DNA from: Actinophytocola sp.
GTDB lineage: Bacteria > Actinomycetota > Actinomycetes > Mycobacteriales > Pseudonocardiaceae
DNA length: 64,000 nucleotides
Assembly (NCBI GenBank): GCA_009377385.1
Contig: WHUD01000009.1
Location: 1,345-65,344 of the forward strand
Direction: 5' to 3'
The position numbers and the translations under genes are program-made. Of the stretch, positions 31,882 through 41,721 are shown one piece after another (position 1 is the first letter of the stretch; each line of letters starts with the position of its first letter). The notes below the pieces were generated by a model that was given only the letters and a program-made list of their open reading frames with translations, had not been told where the DNA came from and made no database searches.

Positions 31882-32586
31882 GTGACCGTGGGGGCGTCGC
31901 GGCCGGTCGTGGTCACGGCCGGTGTCGCGGTCGGTGTCACCGTGCTCGCGTTCATCGCGGCGGTGCTGCTGCGGATCGAGCGGGACACCGCCATGGCGGC
32001 CGGTCAGCTCGGGCCGCCTGCCGCTGCCGTCCCTGGTGAGCTGACCTGCGGCGATGAGCCGTGCGGGGTGCTGACCAGCCTGCCGGTCGGTGACGCGACG
32101 GTGGAGCTGCTCGCTGGCGACGGCGGGAAACACGGCATCGTGCGCGTGCTGGCGCACGGATCGAGCACCGTGCTCGAAACCGCGCTCGCCGACCTCGGGG
32201 TGAAACTGACGCAACGGTCGCTGGTGTGCACGGAAGGTGACGCCACCGCGTGTTTGGTGCGTGGCGATCAGGACGGCACCGTCTTGGGGGAAGTCTTCGT
32301 CGCGCGGGATGACAAATGGGAAGCCGTGGAACGCCCCTACGTGTCGAATGCGGCATACCTCGACCTGGTCCCCGCCATTGGGCACAATTCGCCCGAAATT
32401 GTGCTGGCGACCTATCCGAACTGCATGGGTGACGCCGATGAGTGCGCCGGTGCCGACGTCGCGTTGCAGGTTTTCTCGCTCGACGGCACGTCGCGCGGCT
32501 GCACCCGTGGTTATTCCGCGCTCGCCCGGATGCCCGACTGGCCCGACGTCAGCTTGACGGACCGTGAGCTGCGTCCTTGTGGGTGA
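31882..32586 (+). CDS. Hypothetical membrane-anchored Cys-containing protein
   Basis: RBS AGGAGG, N-terminal TM, several Cys in a probable extracellular domain. Confidence 0.7.
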   Translation: MTVGASRPVVVTAGVAVGVTVLAFIAAVLLRIERDTAMAAGQLGPPAAAVPGELTCGDEPCGVLTSLPVGDATVELLAGDGGKHGIVRVLAHGSSTVLETALADLGVKLTQRSLVCTEGDATACLVRGDQDGTVLGEVFVARDDKWEAVERPYVSNAAYLDLVPAIGHNSPEIVLATYPNCMGDADECAGADVALQVFSLDGTSRGCTRGYSALARMPDWPDVSLTDRELRPCG

Positions 32587-32591
32587 TGGGG

Positions 32592-32624
32592 GTGTTGCAA
32601 AGACGCCCTTCACGACACCTCAGG
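32592..32624. repeat. Half REP-like element; 33-bp direct repeat of 35053-35085
   Basis: GTGTTGCAAAGACGCCCTTCACGACACCTCAGG vs GTGTTGCAAAGACGCCCTTCACAACACCTCAGG (32/33). Confidence 0.88.
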
Positions 32625-33212
32625 CGCCCGCCACATGCACCACAACGGCGGCCCGTCCGGGAGCGTGATCACCTCGGTGAGGTCGAACCCGTGGCGCTGG
32701 TACAGGTTCCGGTTGCGCTCGCTCGACGCCTCAAGATAGGCGGGCATACCGGTGCGGTCGCACTCGGGGAGCACCGAACGCAGCAGCGCTGAGCCGATCC
32801 CGCGTGACTGCCAGTCCGGCCTGGTGCCAAGCACGAACAGGTACTCGTGCGGCTCATGTGGGTGATGCTCATCGAGCAGCCCGAGCAGGGTGAAGAGCCG
32901 CTCGGCGTACTCCTCGGACGCCTCGCCGAGGTCGGCGGCGAGTCGCTCCTCGTCGAGCTCCGCGTCCGGCGGGACCCAGATCGCGCCAGCGACCTCGTCG
33001 GCGACGGTGTCGACGCCGCCGTGCGGCAGTGTCGCCTCGACGAGGATCCGGAAGCAGGGGGACAGGATCGCCGCCCGCCGGTCGGTGTCGGGATAGCACC
33101 ACGACATCACCGGGTCGGCGAAGAACGCCGCCGCTAGGGTGTCGGCGAGCCGGTCGAGGTCGCTCGGGCTGGCCTTCCTGACGGTCTCCGTGATCGCTAC
33201 TGTGCTGCTCAT
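32610..33212 (-). CDS. GNAT family N-acetyltransferase (puromycin acetyltransferase-like)
   Basis: LAAAFFADP, LGTRPDWQSRGIG, PAYLEAS..RN..LY.RHGF, PDGPPLWCMWR; RBS AAGGAGG. Confidence 0.88.
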   Translation of the reverse strand: MSSTVAITETVRKASPSDLDRLADTLAAAFFADPVMSWCYPDTDRRAAILSPCFRILVEATLPHGGVDTVADEVAGAIWVPPDAELDEERLAADLGEASEEYAERLFTLLGLLDEHHPHEPHEYLFVLGTRPDWQSRGIGSALLRSVLPECDRTGMPAYLEASSERNRNLYQRHGFDLTEVITLPDGPPLWCMWRAPEVS

Positions 33213-33285
33213 GTCGCCTCCTTGGCATCGAAGTGGAGCGACATCAGCGTTGCCCGTCCGCGGTGCGGCGGGCTTCGCAGGATTC

Positions 33286-33326
33286 CGCCATTTCCCGCGC
33301 GTGCGGGAATGGCGCGTTCCCGCCAT
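33286..33326. promoter_or_regulatory. Overlapping inverted repeats upstream of GNAT gene (candidate LuxR operator or terminator)
   Basis: CGCCATTTCCCGC-gcgt-GCGGGAATGGCG and ATGGCG-cgttcc-CGCCAT. Confidence 0.4.
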
Positions 33327-33331
33327 GGGTG

Positions 33332-34978
33332 TCAGAGCAACTGCCTGCGGAGTGCTTCCGCGACGGCCGCCGAGCGCGAGCCGGTGCCGAGCTTGGTGAG
33401 GATGTTGGTGATGTGCCGGTTGACCGTGTGCTCGCTGATCACCAGCGCTTCCGCAGCGGCGCGGTTGGTCTTGCCGTCCGCGATCAGCCGCAGCACCTGA
33501 CGCTCCCGCGCGGTGAGCGGTGACGTGCCACCCGTCGAGAGGGGCCGGATGAGGCTGGCCGCTTCGGCCGCTGCCGCGGCGGCACCGATGCGTTCCAGGG
33601 CGCTCGCCGCTGTCTCTGCGTGCCGGAGTGCGTCGGCGGTGCGGCCCAGCGCTGCGAGCTCGCGTGCCAGCGCCAACCGGGCTTTGGCTTCCTCGAACGG
33701 CGCCCTGGCGTGTTGGAAGTAGCGGATCGCGTCCTCGAACCCGATCCGCGCCCGGTCCCGGTCGCCCCGCGCCGACGCGACCGTGCCACGCACGAAGGCG
33801 AGCGACGCCCGCGCCGGGTCGGTGGGGATGCGCTCCGCGGTCGTGGTCAACTCCGCGAGCGCGGCTGCCGCGCGGTCGAGGTCACCGAGTGTGGCCGCCG
33901 CGCGGGCCAGCAGCTCTAGCCCGGCGGCGCGGGGTGTCGGTGCTTCCGACGTCGCCTGCCGGAGGTACTCCTCGGCCCGTTCCCTGGCGCTCGTCGCGTC
34001 GCCCTGGTCGAGGTGCAGCTCGCCGGTGCCGAGGACGGCGAGCGGGTGCCCTGCCGCCTCGTCGAAGATCGCGGCGGCCTCGTCGAATCTGCCCTGACGA
34101 CGTCGCAGCTCACCGAGTCGCACCAGCGCCTCGACCGCCATCGGCGGCCGGAGTTCGGTCAACCGCGCGGCGGACTCGATCAGCTCGGACTCCGCCTTCT
34201 CCCAGGTGCCACGCCAAATGAGCACCCCGGCGTAGTGCGCCCGGCAAGACCGGTTGAAGAAGTGGATGCGCAACCGGGCCGACCACGCCTCAAGGCTGCG
34301 GCACCACTGCGCGGCGCGGTCGTAGTCCCGTGTCTGCTCGCAGCCGAAGATGAGGTAGCAGCAACACCATCCGACCGACCACACCTCGGTGAACTCATCG
34401 GCAAGCGCGGCGGCCGCCACGTCACCGAGCCGGTCGATTCCCGCGTCGACGTCGCCCTGATACACCAGCGCGAGCCCCTCGGTCGCCGATCCCAACATCT
34501 CCAGGTCGACGTTGCCGAACCGGCGTCCGAGCTGGCTCGCGTCGGCTCCAAGTCCGCGTGCCCGCTCGACGTCACCGGCGAACAGCAACTTCTCGGCCTC
34601 GTGCACGTACAGCCAGCCCAGCTCGGGACCCGGATCGCAGCCGGTGAGCAGGTGCCGAGCTCGGCTCAGCCAACCCTGCGCCACGGAGATCTCGCCTCGG
34701 AAGTCCACGGCGTCGGTGCCGAGCCAGGTCGCCATCCGCGCGGCGTCGACCGGTCTGCCGCTGCTTCGGTAGGTCCGGTAGGCGCGTTCCCGTGCGTCGA
34801 ACATCGCATCCGCGTCGGCGAGCCACCATGCCGCCCAGCTCAACCCTTCCAGCGCCTCGGCCGTCTCCTGCTGCGCGACGGCGTCGGTGAAGCAGCGCAT
34901 CGCCGCATCCCAGTCGCACCGCGCCAGCGCGGACCAGCCGTCGGTCACTGGATCGACCGGCTTCACGGGCGTGTCCAC
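33332..34978 (-). CDS. LuxR family regulator with TPR-like N-terminal region
   Basis: C-terminal LTARERQVLRLIADGKTNRAAAEALVISEHTVNRHITNILTKLG. Start set at GTG 34978 (CATAAT 7 nt upstream). Confidence 0.9.
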   Translation of the reverse strand: MDTPVKPVDPVTDGWSALARCDWDAAMRCFTDAVAQQETAEALEGLSWAAWWLADADAMFDARERAYRTYRSSGRPVDAARMATWLGTDAVDFRGEISVAQGWLSRARHLLTGCDPGPELGWLYVHEAEKLLFAGDVERARGLGADASQLGRRFGNVDLEMLGSATEGLALVYQGDVDAGIDRLGDVAAAALADEFTEVWSVGWCCCYLIFGCEQTRDYDRAAQWCRSLEAWSARLRIHFFNRSCRAHYAGVLIWRGTWEKAESELIESAARLTELRPPMAVEALVRLGELRRRQGRFDEAAAIFDEAAGHPLAVLGTGELHLDQGDATSARERAEEYLRQATSEAPTPRAAGLELLARAAATLGDLDRAAAALAELTTTAERIPTDPARASLAFVRGTVASARGDRDRARIGFEDAIRYFQHARAPFEEAKARLALARELAALGRTADALRHAETAASALERIGAAAAAAEAASLIRPLSTGGTSPLTARERQVLRLIADGKTNRAAAEALVISEHTVNRHITNILTKLGTGSRSAAVAEALRRQLL

Positions 34979-35020
34979 ACCGAACATTATGCGCCTGAGT
35001 GCCCGAAATGTCGCGGTATT

Positions 35021-35081
35021 AGGTGTCGTGAGGGGCGTCATTGCATCGCTATGTGTTGCAAAGACGCCCTTCACAACACCT
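35021..35081. repeat. REP-like palindrome
   Basis: AGGTGTCGTGAGGGGCGTCATTGCA-tcgctatgtgt-TGCAAAGACGCCCTTCACAACACCT. Confidence 0.85.
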
Positions 35082-35935
35082 CAGGAGCCGTAGCCCTCCC
35101 TGAGCAGCATGTCGCCGTCCGGCGTGCTGAAGTAGACCTGCCACCGGTGGTAGACGTCGAGGTAGTGCGGGTAGCGCCGCATCGCGTCGGCGTAGGCGAG
35201 GATCGCCTCGACGTAGTGGTCGCTGTGGTTGTAGGCGTACAGCGCGTCACGCAGGTCGTCGGGCGCGCCACTGGCGGCCAGGTAGCGCGCCGCCGCATGG
35301 ATCGCGTCGCGTGGGTCGTCGATGTCGCCCTTGCCGTAGATGTCCCACGTCGATGGCATGAACTGCATCGGACCCTGCGCGCCAGCGTGGCTGTCGCCAT
35401 GGATGCGGCCGAACCGGGTCTCCACGAAGTTGATCGCCGCCAGGATCTGCCACGGCACCCCGAACCGAGCGTGTGCGGCGCGGTAGTAGCCGCGCAGCTT
35501 TTCGACCGGGAGTGGCCTGCGGATCCGCCAGTCGTCCGGCGGCTTCGCGCGCGACGGTGAGTCGAGTTTCCCGAGTTCGACGGCGGCGCGGAGGGTCAGG
35601 TCGTGGGCGGCGCGGAACCGGCGGGGGATGTACTCGCGGACGGTGGGATGCCAGCGGGGTCGGTCCGCGAGTTCGCGGTAGGCCTGCTGCTGGAGGTACG
35701 CCCATTCGGTGCGGTGCCGCTCGGACGTCGCCGGGTCCGCCAGCGCGCGTTCGGCGCGGGCGAGTGTGGTGGCCAGCGTGTGAAGTGTGCGGGTGTCCGA
35801 CTTTGGCTGCTCGGTGGTTGGCGCACGTTGGGCGGAGGTGGTCGCCGGTGGTGCGGCCGTCGGCGCGGGAGGCTCCGCTTCGCATCCCGCGAGCACGAGC
35901 CCGGTTATCAGCGCTGCGGCGACTGTTCGTCCCAC
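35081..35935 (-). CDS. Lytic transglycosylase (SLT) lipoprotein
   Basis: Lipobox LAGC; LAAINFVETRFG, GAQGPMQFMP, ALYAYNHS..YV. Confidence 0.88.
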   Translation of the reverse strand: MGRTVAAALITGLVLAGCEAEPPAPTAAPPATTSAQRAPTTEQPKSDTRTLHTLATTLARAERALADPATSERHRTEWAYLQQQAYRELADRPRWHPTVREYIPRRFRAAHDLTLRAAVELGKLDSPSRAKPPDDWRIRRPLPVEKLRGYYRAAHARFGVPWQILAAINFVETRFGRIHGDSHAGAQGPMQFMPSTWDIYGKGDIDDPRDAIHAAARYLAASGAPDDLRDALYAYNHSDHYVEAILAYADAMRRYPHYLDVYHRWQVYFSTPDGDMLLREGYGS

Positions 35936-35987
35936 ATTCCCGAGCGTAGGTTGGGCGCGGCGTCGGGAACAGGCGTTGGGGGGTGCC

Positions 35988-36608
35988 TCACCGCCGCCAG
36001 AGGTCGACCACGCTGACGTCGATGTCGGTGAGCAGGGTGCGGGTCAGCGGCAGGCTGATGCCGATGACGCTGGACGGGTCTCCGTCGATGCCCTCGACGA
36101 ACCAGCCGCCGAGGCCGTCCAGCGTGAAACCGCCCGCGACGTTGAGGGGTTCTCCGGTGGCGATGTAGGCGTCGATCTCGTGCTCGCTGGGTGAGGCGAA
36201 CCGCACCACTGTCGTCTCGGTTGCTCCGGAGTCCTTGGTGCGTGTGCCGCCGTCGAGGCGGACTGCGACGTGGCCGGTCAGCAGCTCGCCGATGCCGCCG
36301 CGCATCCGCAGCCAGCGCTCGCGCGCGACCTCCGGGGTGCCTGGCTTGCCGACGAACTCGCCGTCAAACGAGAGCATCGAGTCGCAACCGACGACGACGG
36401 CGTCCGGGTGCGACGCCGCGATGACGTCGGCTACCGCATCCGCCTTGGCGCGGGCCAGCGCGAGCACGAGGTGTTCCGGTGTGGGATCGGTGAGTCCGGC
36501 CGCGACGGCGTCCTCGTCGACGCCAGAGACGTGCACGACCGGGTCGATCCCGGCGGCGCGCAACACCGCGAGCCGGGCAGGGGACGCCGAAGCCAGTACG
36601 AATTCCAC
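35988..36608 (-). CDS. maf: Maf family nucleotide pyrophosphatase
   Basis: VLASASPAR, GCDS, GKP, AGGFTLDGLG, GISL. Confidence 0.92.
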   Translation of the reverse strand: MEFVLASASPARLAVLRAAGIDPVVHVSGVDEDAVAAGLTDPTPEHLVLALARAKADAVADVIAASHPDAVVVGCDSMLSFDGEFVGKPGTPEVARERWLRMRGGIGELLTGHVAVRLDGGTRTKDSGATETTVVRFASPSEHEIDAYIATGEPLNVAGGFTLDGLGGWFVEGIDGDPSSVIGISLPLTRTLLTDIDVSVVDLWRR

Positions 36609-36618
36609 GGCCAGGAGT

Positions 36619-37146
36619 CTACGAGACAGTACTTGATGCTTCGGTGGCGCCGTCGAGCTGTTCCCGCAAGATGTCGGCGTGACCGGCGTGGCGGGCGGTC
36701 TCCTCGATCATGTGCAGGTAGATCCAGCGCAGCGTCATGTCCTGGCCGTACCGGTTGCCCCGGTCGTCCAGCTCGAACCGGGCGGCGACCTCGCGGGAGC
36801 GCGCGCACTGCGCCTCGTACGCCTCGATCAGCCCGTCGACCGTATCGTCGTCGGTCATGCCGAACTCGGCCAGCCGATCCTCGGCGCTCTTCGGCTCGAA
36901 CGGAACCTGGGGCAGCGCAAGCTCGAACCACCGCTGCTCCGCGCACGCCACGTGCTTGAGCAGCCCGCCAAGCGTGGTCGCCGATGGCACCAGCCGCCGC
37001 CGGGCAGCAGCATCGGACACCCCGCGCACCTTGTTCACCAGCACCGCGCGGTAGTGGTCGAGGAAACCCTCCAGCGACGTCCGCTCGCCGCTGAGCATGA
37101 CTCCCTCGGCTGGCAGCGGACTTGTGGAGGTCGCGGGATTCGTCAT
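36619..37146 (-). CDS. DinB/DUF664 family protein
   Basis: SATTLGGLLKHVA..E..WF, LRWIYLHMIEETARHAGHADILREQLDG. Confidence 0.9.
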   Translation of the reverse strand: MTNPATSTSPLPAEGVMLSGERTSLEGFLDHYRAVLVNKVRGVSDAAARRRLVPSATTLGGLLKHVACAEQRWFELALPQVPFEPKSAEDRLAEFGMTDDDTVDGLIEAYEAQCARSREVAARFELDDRGNRYGQDMTLRWIYLHMIEETARHAGHADILREQLDGATEASSTVS

Positions 37147-37370
37147 CGCGGCAGCCCCGATGCCCGCCACGCGCCAGGGCCCGGCTGGATCGGCATCCGC
37201 AGCCGCGAGGCAGGGTCGCCCCACAGCGAACGGCGCTTCGCCTGCCCGCCGTTGCCACCGGAGTGGGACGCCGCAGCGGCGATCACGCTGGTCAGCGCGG
37301 CCAACTCGACGTCGTCCGGCGTGCCCCGGACGACCTGCAGTAGTGGACGCGGTGTGTCCTCGTCGCTCAT
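37143..37370 (-). CDS. accE5: Acyl-CoA carboxylase epsilon subunit
   Basis: LQVVRGTPDDVELAALTSV...WG...PGPGAWRAS; directly downstream of carboxyltransferase. Confidence 0.85.
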   Translation of the reverse strand: MSDEDTPRPLLQVVRGTPDDVELAALTSVIAAAASHSGGNGGQAKRRSLWGDPASRLRMPIQPGPGAWRASGLPR

Positions 37371-37388
37371 CGCAACCTCCTGCACCCG

Positions 37389-39038
37389 TTATAGCGGTAT
37401 GTTGCCGTGTTTCTTTGGCGGCTGGTTTTCCCGTTTGTCGCCGAGGATGCGTAGGGCGCGGGCGATGTAGCCGCGGGTGTGTGAGGGTGGGATGACGGAG
37501 TCGACGTAGCCGCGTTCGGCGGCGACGTAGGGGTTGCAGAGGGTGTCTTCGTAGTCCTGGATCAACTCCGCGCGCAGCTTCTCGACGTCTTTGCCCTCAC
37601 TATCGGCGTTGGCCAGTGTTTTGCGGTAGACGATGTTCGCCGCGCCTTGGGCGCCCATGACGGCGATTTGGGCGGTGGGCCAGGCGAGGTTGATGTCGGC
37701 GCCGAGGTGTTTGGAGCCCATGACGTCGTAGGCGCCGCCGTAGGCCTTGCGGGTGATCACGGTGACCAGGGGGACGGTGGCTTCGGCGTAGGCGTAGATG
37801 AGTTTGGCGCCGCGGCGGATGATGCCGTTCCATTCCTGGTCGGTACCCGGGAGGAAGCCGGGGACGTCAACGAAGGTGAGGACGGGGACGTTGAAGGCGT
37901 CGCAGGTGCGCACGAACCGGGCGGCCTTCTCTGAGGCGTCGATGTCGAGGCAGCCGGCGAACTGGGTGGGCTGGTTGGCCACGATCCCGACGCTTTGGCC
38001 GTCGACGCGGCCGAAGCCGACGACGACGTTGGGGGCGAACAGTTCGTGCACTTCCAGGAACTCGCCCTCGTCGACGACCCGTGTGATGACTTCGTGCATG
38101 TCGTAGGGCACGTTGGGCGAGTCGGGGATCAACGTGTCGAGTTCGCGGTCGTCGTCGGTGATGTCGTCAGCCACCGAGTTCCCGGTGTGCGGGGGCGCGT
38201 CGAAGACGGGGGGTTCGGCGAGGTTGTTGGGCGGCAGGAACGACAAGAGTTCCTTGACGTAGGAGACCGCGTCGTCCTCGTCCGCGCCGAGGTAGTGGGC
38301 GTTGCCGGACTTGGTGTTGTGCGAGCGGCCGCCGCCGAGTTCTTCGAAGCTGACCTCCTCACCCGTCACCGTCTTGATCACATCAGGGCCGGTGATGAAC
38401 ATGTGCGACGTCTGATCCACCATCACCACGAAGTCGGTGAGGGCGGGGGAGTAGACGTGGCCGCCCGCGTTCGCGCCCATGATCAGCGAGATCTGCGGGA
38501 CGACGCCAGACGCCTTGACGTTGCGGGTGAAGATCTCGCCGTAGAGGCCAAGCGAGACGACGCCTTCCTGGATGCGGGCGCCGCCGCCCTCGTTGATGCC
38601 GACGATGGGACGACCGGTCTTGATCGCCAGGTCCATCACCTTGACGATCTTCTCGCCGTACACCTCACCGAGTGAGCCACCGAAAACGGTGACGTCCTGC
38701 GAGAACACGCAGACGGGGCGGCCGTCGACCGTGCCGTAACCGGTCACCACGCCGTCGCCATAAGGGCGGTTGGTGTCCTGGCCGAAGTTGGTGGAACGGT
38801 GCCGTGCCAGCTCGTCCAGCTCAACGAACGAACCCGGGTCCAGCAGCATGTCGATACGCTCACGGGCCGTCTTCTTGCCCTTCGCGTGCTGCTTCTCCAC
38901 GGCGCGCGCCGAACCCGCGTGGACCGCCTCGTCGTTGCGGCGATACAGGTCAGCGAGCTTGCCCGCCGTGGTGTGGATGTCGACCGACTCCTCCGCCGAA
39001 CCGTGCTGGCCCCCCAGCGGCTCCGTTGCGCTACTCAT
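37389..39038 (-). CDS. pccB: Propionyl/acyl-CoA carboxylase beta (carboxyltransferase) subunit
   Basis: [47 protein letters not shown] (AccD5-like). Confidence 0.94.
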   Translation of the reverse strand: MSSATEPLGGQHGSAEESVDIHTTAGKLADLYRRNDEAVHAGSARAVEKQHAKGKKTARERIDMLLDPGSFVELDELARHRSTNFGQDTNRPYGDGVVTGYGTVDGRPVCVFSQDVTVFGGSLGEVYGEKIVKVMDLAIKTGRPIVGINEGGGARIQEGVVSLGLYGEIFTRNVKASGVVPQISLIMGANAGGHVYSPALTDFVVMVDQTSHMFITGPDVIKTVTGEEVSFEELGGGRSHNTKSGNAHYLGADEDDAVSYVKELLSFLPPNNLAEPPVFDAPPHTGNSVADDITDDDRELDTLIPDSPNVPYDMHEVITRVVDEGEFLEVHELFAPNVVVGFGRVDGQSVGIVANQPTQFAGCLDIDASEKAARFVRTCDAFNVPVLTFVDVPGFLPGTDQEWNGIIRRGAKLIYAYAEATVPLVTVITRKAYGGAYDVMGSKHLGADINLAWPTAQIAVMGAQGAANIVYRKTLANADSEGKDVEKLRAELIQDYEDTLCNPYVAAERGYVDSVIPPSHTRGYIARALRILGDKRENQPPKKHGNIPL

Positions 39039-39117
39039 AAACTCGCAGCCTATGTCATCGTGCGCGTGGGGTGCTGTGACGTCAGCAATATCACCGGAGA
39101 CCTTTTAGGGTGTGCCA

Positions 39118-39150
39118 ATGAGGACTGCTTGCAGGTCCGAATCGTCGGAC
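39118..39150 (+). repeat. 33-bp start-codon repeat element, copy 3
   Basis: ATGAGGACTGCTTGCAGGTCCGAATCGTCGGAC; opens a 30-aa uORF (39118-39210) overlapping the birA start. Confidence 0.85.
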
Positions 39151-39206
39151 ACCATGGTGGTCGACGTTCGGTTGACGACGCGGCGCGCCGCGACGAGGAG
39201 GCCAGC

Positions 39207-40001
39207 ATGACCGCACTCGATGCCGACCGGCTGCGCACGGAACTCGTCACCCCGCAGGGCTATGCCGCGCTCAACGTCGTCGCCAGCACCGGTTCCACCA
39301 ACGCCGACCTGATCGAGGCCGCCCGCACCGGCATGGCCGACTACACGGTGCTTATCGCCGAGGAACAGACCGCTGGTGTCGGCAGGCTCGCGCGCACCTG
39401 GGTGTCGCCAGCGGGCGCCGGCCTGTACCTGAGCGTGCTGCTGCGCCCGGCCGAGGTGCCGCCGGAGGCCACCGGATCGCTGGCGGTCGTCGCCGGGCTG
39501 GCGCTCACCGACCTGTGTGACGACCTCGGTGTCGACGCCACCCTGAAGTGGCCCAATGACGTCCTCGCCGGGGACGGCAAGCTCGCCGGGGTCCTTGCCG
39601 AGCTGGTGCCGCAGCGGGCCGTCGTGCTTGGCATCGGCCTCAACGTCACGCCGCTCGGTGACGTCGAGCCGGGGCCGGGCGGGCTCGCGGCGACGTCGCT
39701 CGCCGAGAACGGCGCGCGCACCACCGACCGCACCGAGATCGCGGTGGCGCTGCTCCTGGCGCTGGCCGCACGGGAGCGTGCCTGGCGGGCTGCGCACGGT
39801 GATCTGGAGCAAGCGGGGCTGCTCGCCGACTACCGCAGGGTGTGCGGCACGCTCGGGCGCACTGTCACCGTGTCGCTGCCGAGGGGCGAGACGCAAACCG
39901 GCACCGCAGTCGACGTCGATGCCGTTGGCAGGCTCACCATCGAGGACGACAATGGGCAGCGCAGCACCGTCCTGGCGGGAGACGTCGTCCATCTCCGCTG
40001 A
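39207..40001 (+). CDS. birA: Biotin--[acetyl-CoA carboxylase] ligase
   Basis: STGSTN, AEEQTAGVGRLARTW, KWPND, KLAGVL, GIGLNV; RBS GAGGAGG. Confidence 0.93.
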   Translation: MTALDADRLRTELVTPQGYAALNVVASTGSTNADLIEAARTGMADYTVLIAEEQTAGVGRLARTWVSPAGAGLYLSVLLRPAEVPPEATGSLAVVAGLALTDLCDDLGVDATLKWPNDVLAGDGKLAGVLAELVPQRAVVLGIGLNVTPLGDVEPGPGGLAATSLAENGARTTDRTEIAVALLLALAARERAWRAAHGDLEQAGLLADYRRVCGTLGRTVTVSLPRGETQTGTAVDVDAVGRLTIEDDNGQRSTVLAGDVVHLR

Positions 40002-40086
40002 TACACCTGACGCAGACGCCGGGACATCGAGCCAATCGGTACGGTTGGCCGCGCCGAGATCGAGTACCACATGGGAGCGTGGCGAG

Positions 40087-40632
40087 GTGGCTTACCCCAA
40101 GGACCAGCTCAGCACCGGCGAGCAGGTCATATTGCACCGGCATCCGCATTTCAAGATGCTGCTCATGCCGATCTTCGCGTTCGTCATCGCGGTCGCGGCT
40201 GGCATATGGGGCGTCCTGCTCGCGGCCAAGTTCTCGCCGCCGTGGGATCTGGTCGCGGGGATCGCGATCGGCATCATCGTGGTGCTGGTACTGGTGTTGC
40301 GTGTGTTTGCCCCGTTCATCCGGTGGCGCACGACCCACTTCGTGGTGACGACGGATCGAGTGATCGTCCGCGAGGGCATCATCACCCGCAGCGGCATCGA
40401 CATCCCGATGCGCCGCATCCACAGCGTGCGCTTCGAGCACGGCCTGCTCGATCGGATCTTCGGCTGCGGCACGCTGTACATCGAGTCGGCGTCCGAGGAG
40501 CCGCTGCGGTTCGACGACATCCCCGGCGTCGAGAAGGTGCACACCTACATCTACCGGCACCTCAACGACAACCCGTACGACGACTACGACGAGCAGGAGT
40601 TCGAGCAGCCCGAGCCACGGCGGGGTTGGTGA
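40087..40632 (+). CDS. PH domain-containing membrane protein (bPH_2)
   Basis: AYP...GEQVILHRHPH, two TMs, WRTTHFVVT, DRIFGCGTL.IESAS; same position after birA as in mycobacteria. Confidence 0.85.
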   Translation: MAYPKDQLSTGEQVILHRHPHFKMLLMPIFAFVIAVAAGIWGVLLAAKFSPPWDLVAGIAIGIIVVLVLVLRVFAPFIRWRTTHFVVTTDRVIVREGIITRSGIDIPMRRIHSVRFEHGLLDRIFGCGTLYIESASEEPLRFDDIPGVEKVHTYIYRHLNDNPYDDYDEQEFEQPEPRRGW

Positions 40633-40635
40633 CCC

Positions 40636-41580
40636 GTGTCGGTAAGGGAACTGGGCCTGCCGGCGAGGGCAGCCGCGAGCGACATGCCGGAGCGCGTCAC
40701 CATCTGGGAGGTCGGCGCGCGCGACGGGCTGCAGAACGAGTCCGAGATCGTCGACGTCGGCGTCAAGATCGAGTTCATCGAGCGGCTCGCCGACGCCGGG
40801 CTGACCACGATCGAGGCCACCAGCTTCGTGCACCCGAAGTGGGTGCCGCAGCTCGCCGACGCCGCCGAGGTGCTCGCCGGGCTGAAGCCGCGTGACGACG
40901 TCGGGTACCCGGTCCTAGTGCCGAACCAGCGCGGGCTCGACCGGGCGCTGGAGTCCGGGGTGCGCCACATCGCGGTGTTCGCCAGCGCCACGGAGACGTT
41001 CGCCAGCCGCAACCTCAACAGCACGCTCGACGAACAGTTCGCCATGTTCGAGCCGGTCGTCGACCGCGCGCGTGCTGAGGGGCTGGACGTGCGCGGATAC
41101 CTGTCGATGTGCTTCGGCGACCCGTGGGAAGGCGCGGTCGACCCTGCACAGGTGGCCAGAGTTGGTGCGAGGCTGATCGACATGGGCTGCTCGCAGCTCT
41201 CCCTCGGCGACACCATCGGCGTCGCGACGCCGGGCCAGGTGGAGGAGTTGCTGCGGGAGCTGGCCGCCGTCGACGTCGGCGTCGACGGCATCGCCGTGCA
41301 CTTCCACGACACCTACGGCCAGGCGCTTGCCAACACCTACGCCGCGTTGCGGCAGGGTGTGCGGTGTGTCGACGCCTCGGCTGGAGGACTCGGCGGCTGC
41401 CCGTACGCCAAGTCCGCCACCGGCAACCTCGCGACAGAGGACCTGGTGTGGCTGCTCGACGGCCTCGGCATCGCCCACGGCGTCGACCTGGACAAGCTCG
41501 TCGACACCAGCGTGTGGATGTCCCAGCAGCTCGGGAGGCCAGCGCCGTCCAGTGTGGTGCGGGCGCTTTCCGGCGGCTGA
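40636..41580 (+). CDS. Hydroxymethylglutaryl-CoA lyase
   Basis: EVGARDGLQNE, GDTIG, HFHDTYG, GGCPYA, GNLATED. Confidence 0.93.
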   Translation: MSVRELGLPARAAASDMPERVTIWEVGARDGLQNESEIVDVGVKIEFIERLADAGLTTIEATSFVHPKWVPQLADAAEVLAGLKPRDDVGYPVLVPNQRGLDRALESGVRHIAVFASATETFASRNLNSTLDEQFAMFEPVVDRARAEGLDVRGYLSMCFGDPWEGAVDPAQVARVGARLIDMGCSQLSLGDTIGVATPGQVEELLRELAAVDVGVDGIAVHFHDTYGQALANTYAALRQGVRCVDASAGGLGGCPYAKSATGNLATEDLVWLLDGLGIAHGVDLDKLVDTSVWMSQQLGRPAPSSVVRALSGG

Positions 41581-41593
41581 GCTCTGGGTGCGG

Positions 41594-41648
41594 TGCGGTG
41601 AATGACGCTTTCGCTGCACCCAACACAGTGAAGGCGTCTTTCGCCGCA
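41594..41648. repeat. REP-like palindrome
   Basis: TGCGGTGAATGACGCTTTCGCTG-cacccaaca-CAGTGAAGGCGTCTTTCGCCGCA; closely related to 47790-47842. Confidence 0.85.
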
Positions 41649-41721
41649 ACGGGAACCGGGGTGGCTGCGTTAACGTCCCAGTACACCGCCGACCCGACAC
41701 CCACAGGGACCGGAGGACGCC

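Noticed and set aside
37389-38260. A/C-skewed codon usage in the 3' half of pccB as evidence of horizontal transfer
   Set aside because: Impression only and not quantified; the gene is intact and in its expected syntenic position.
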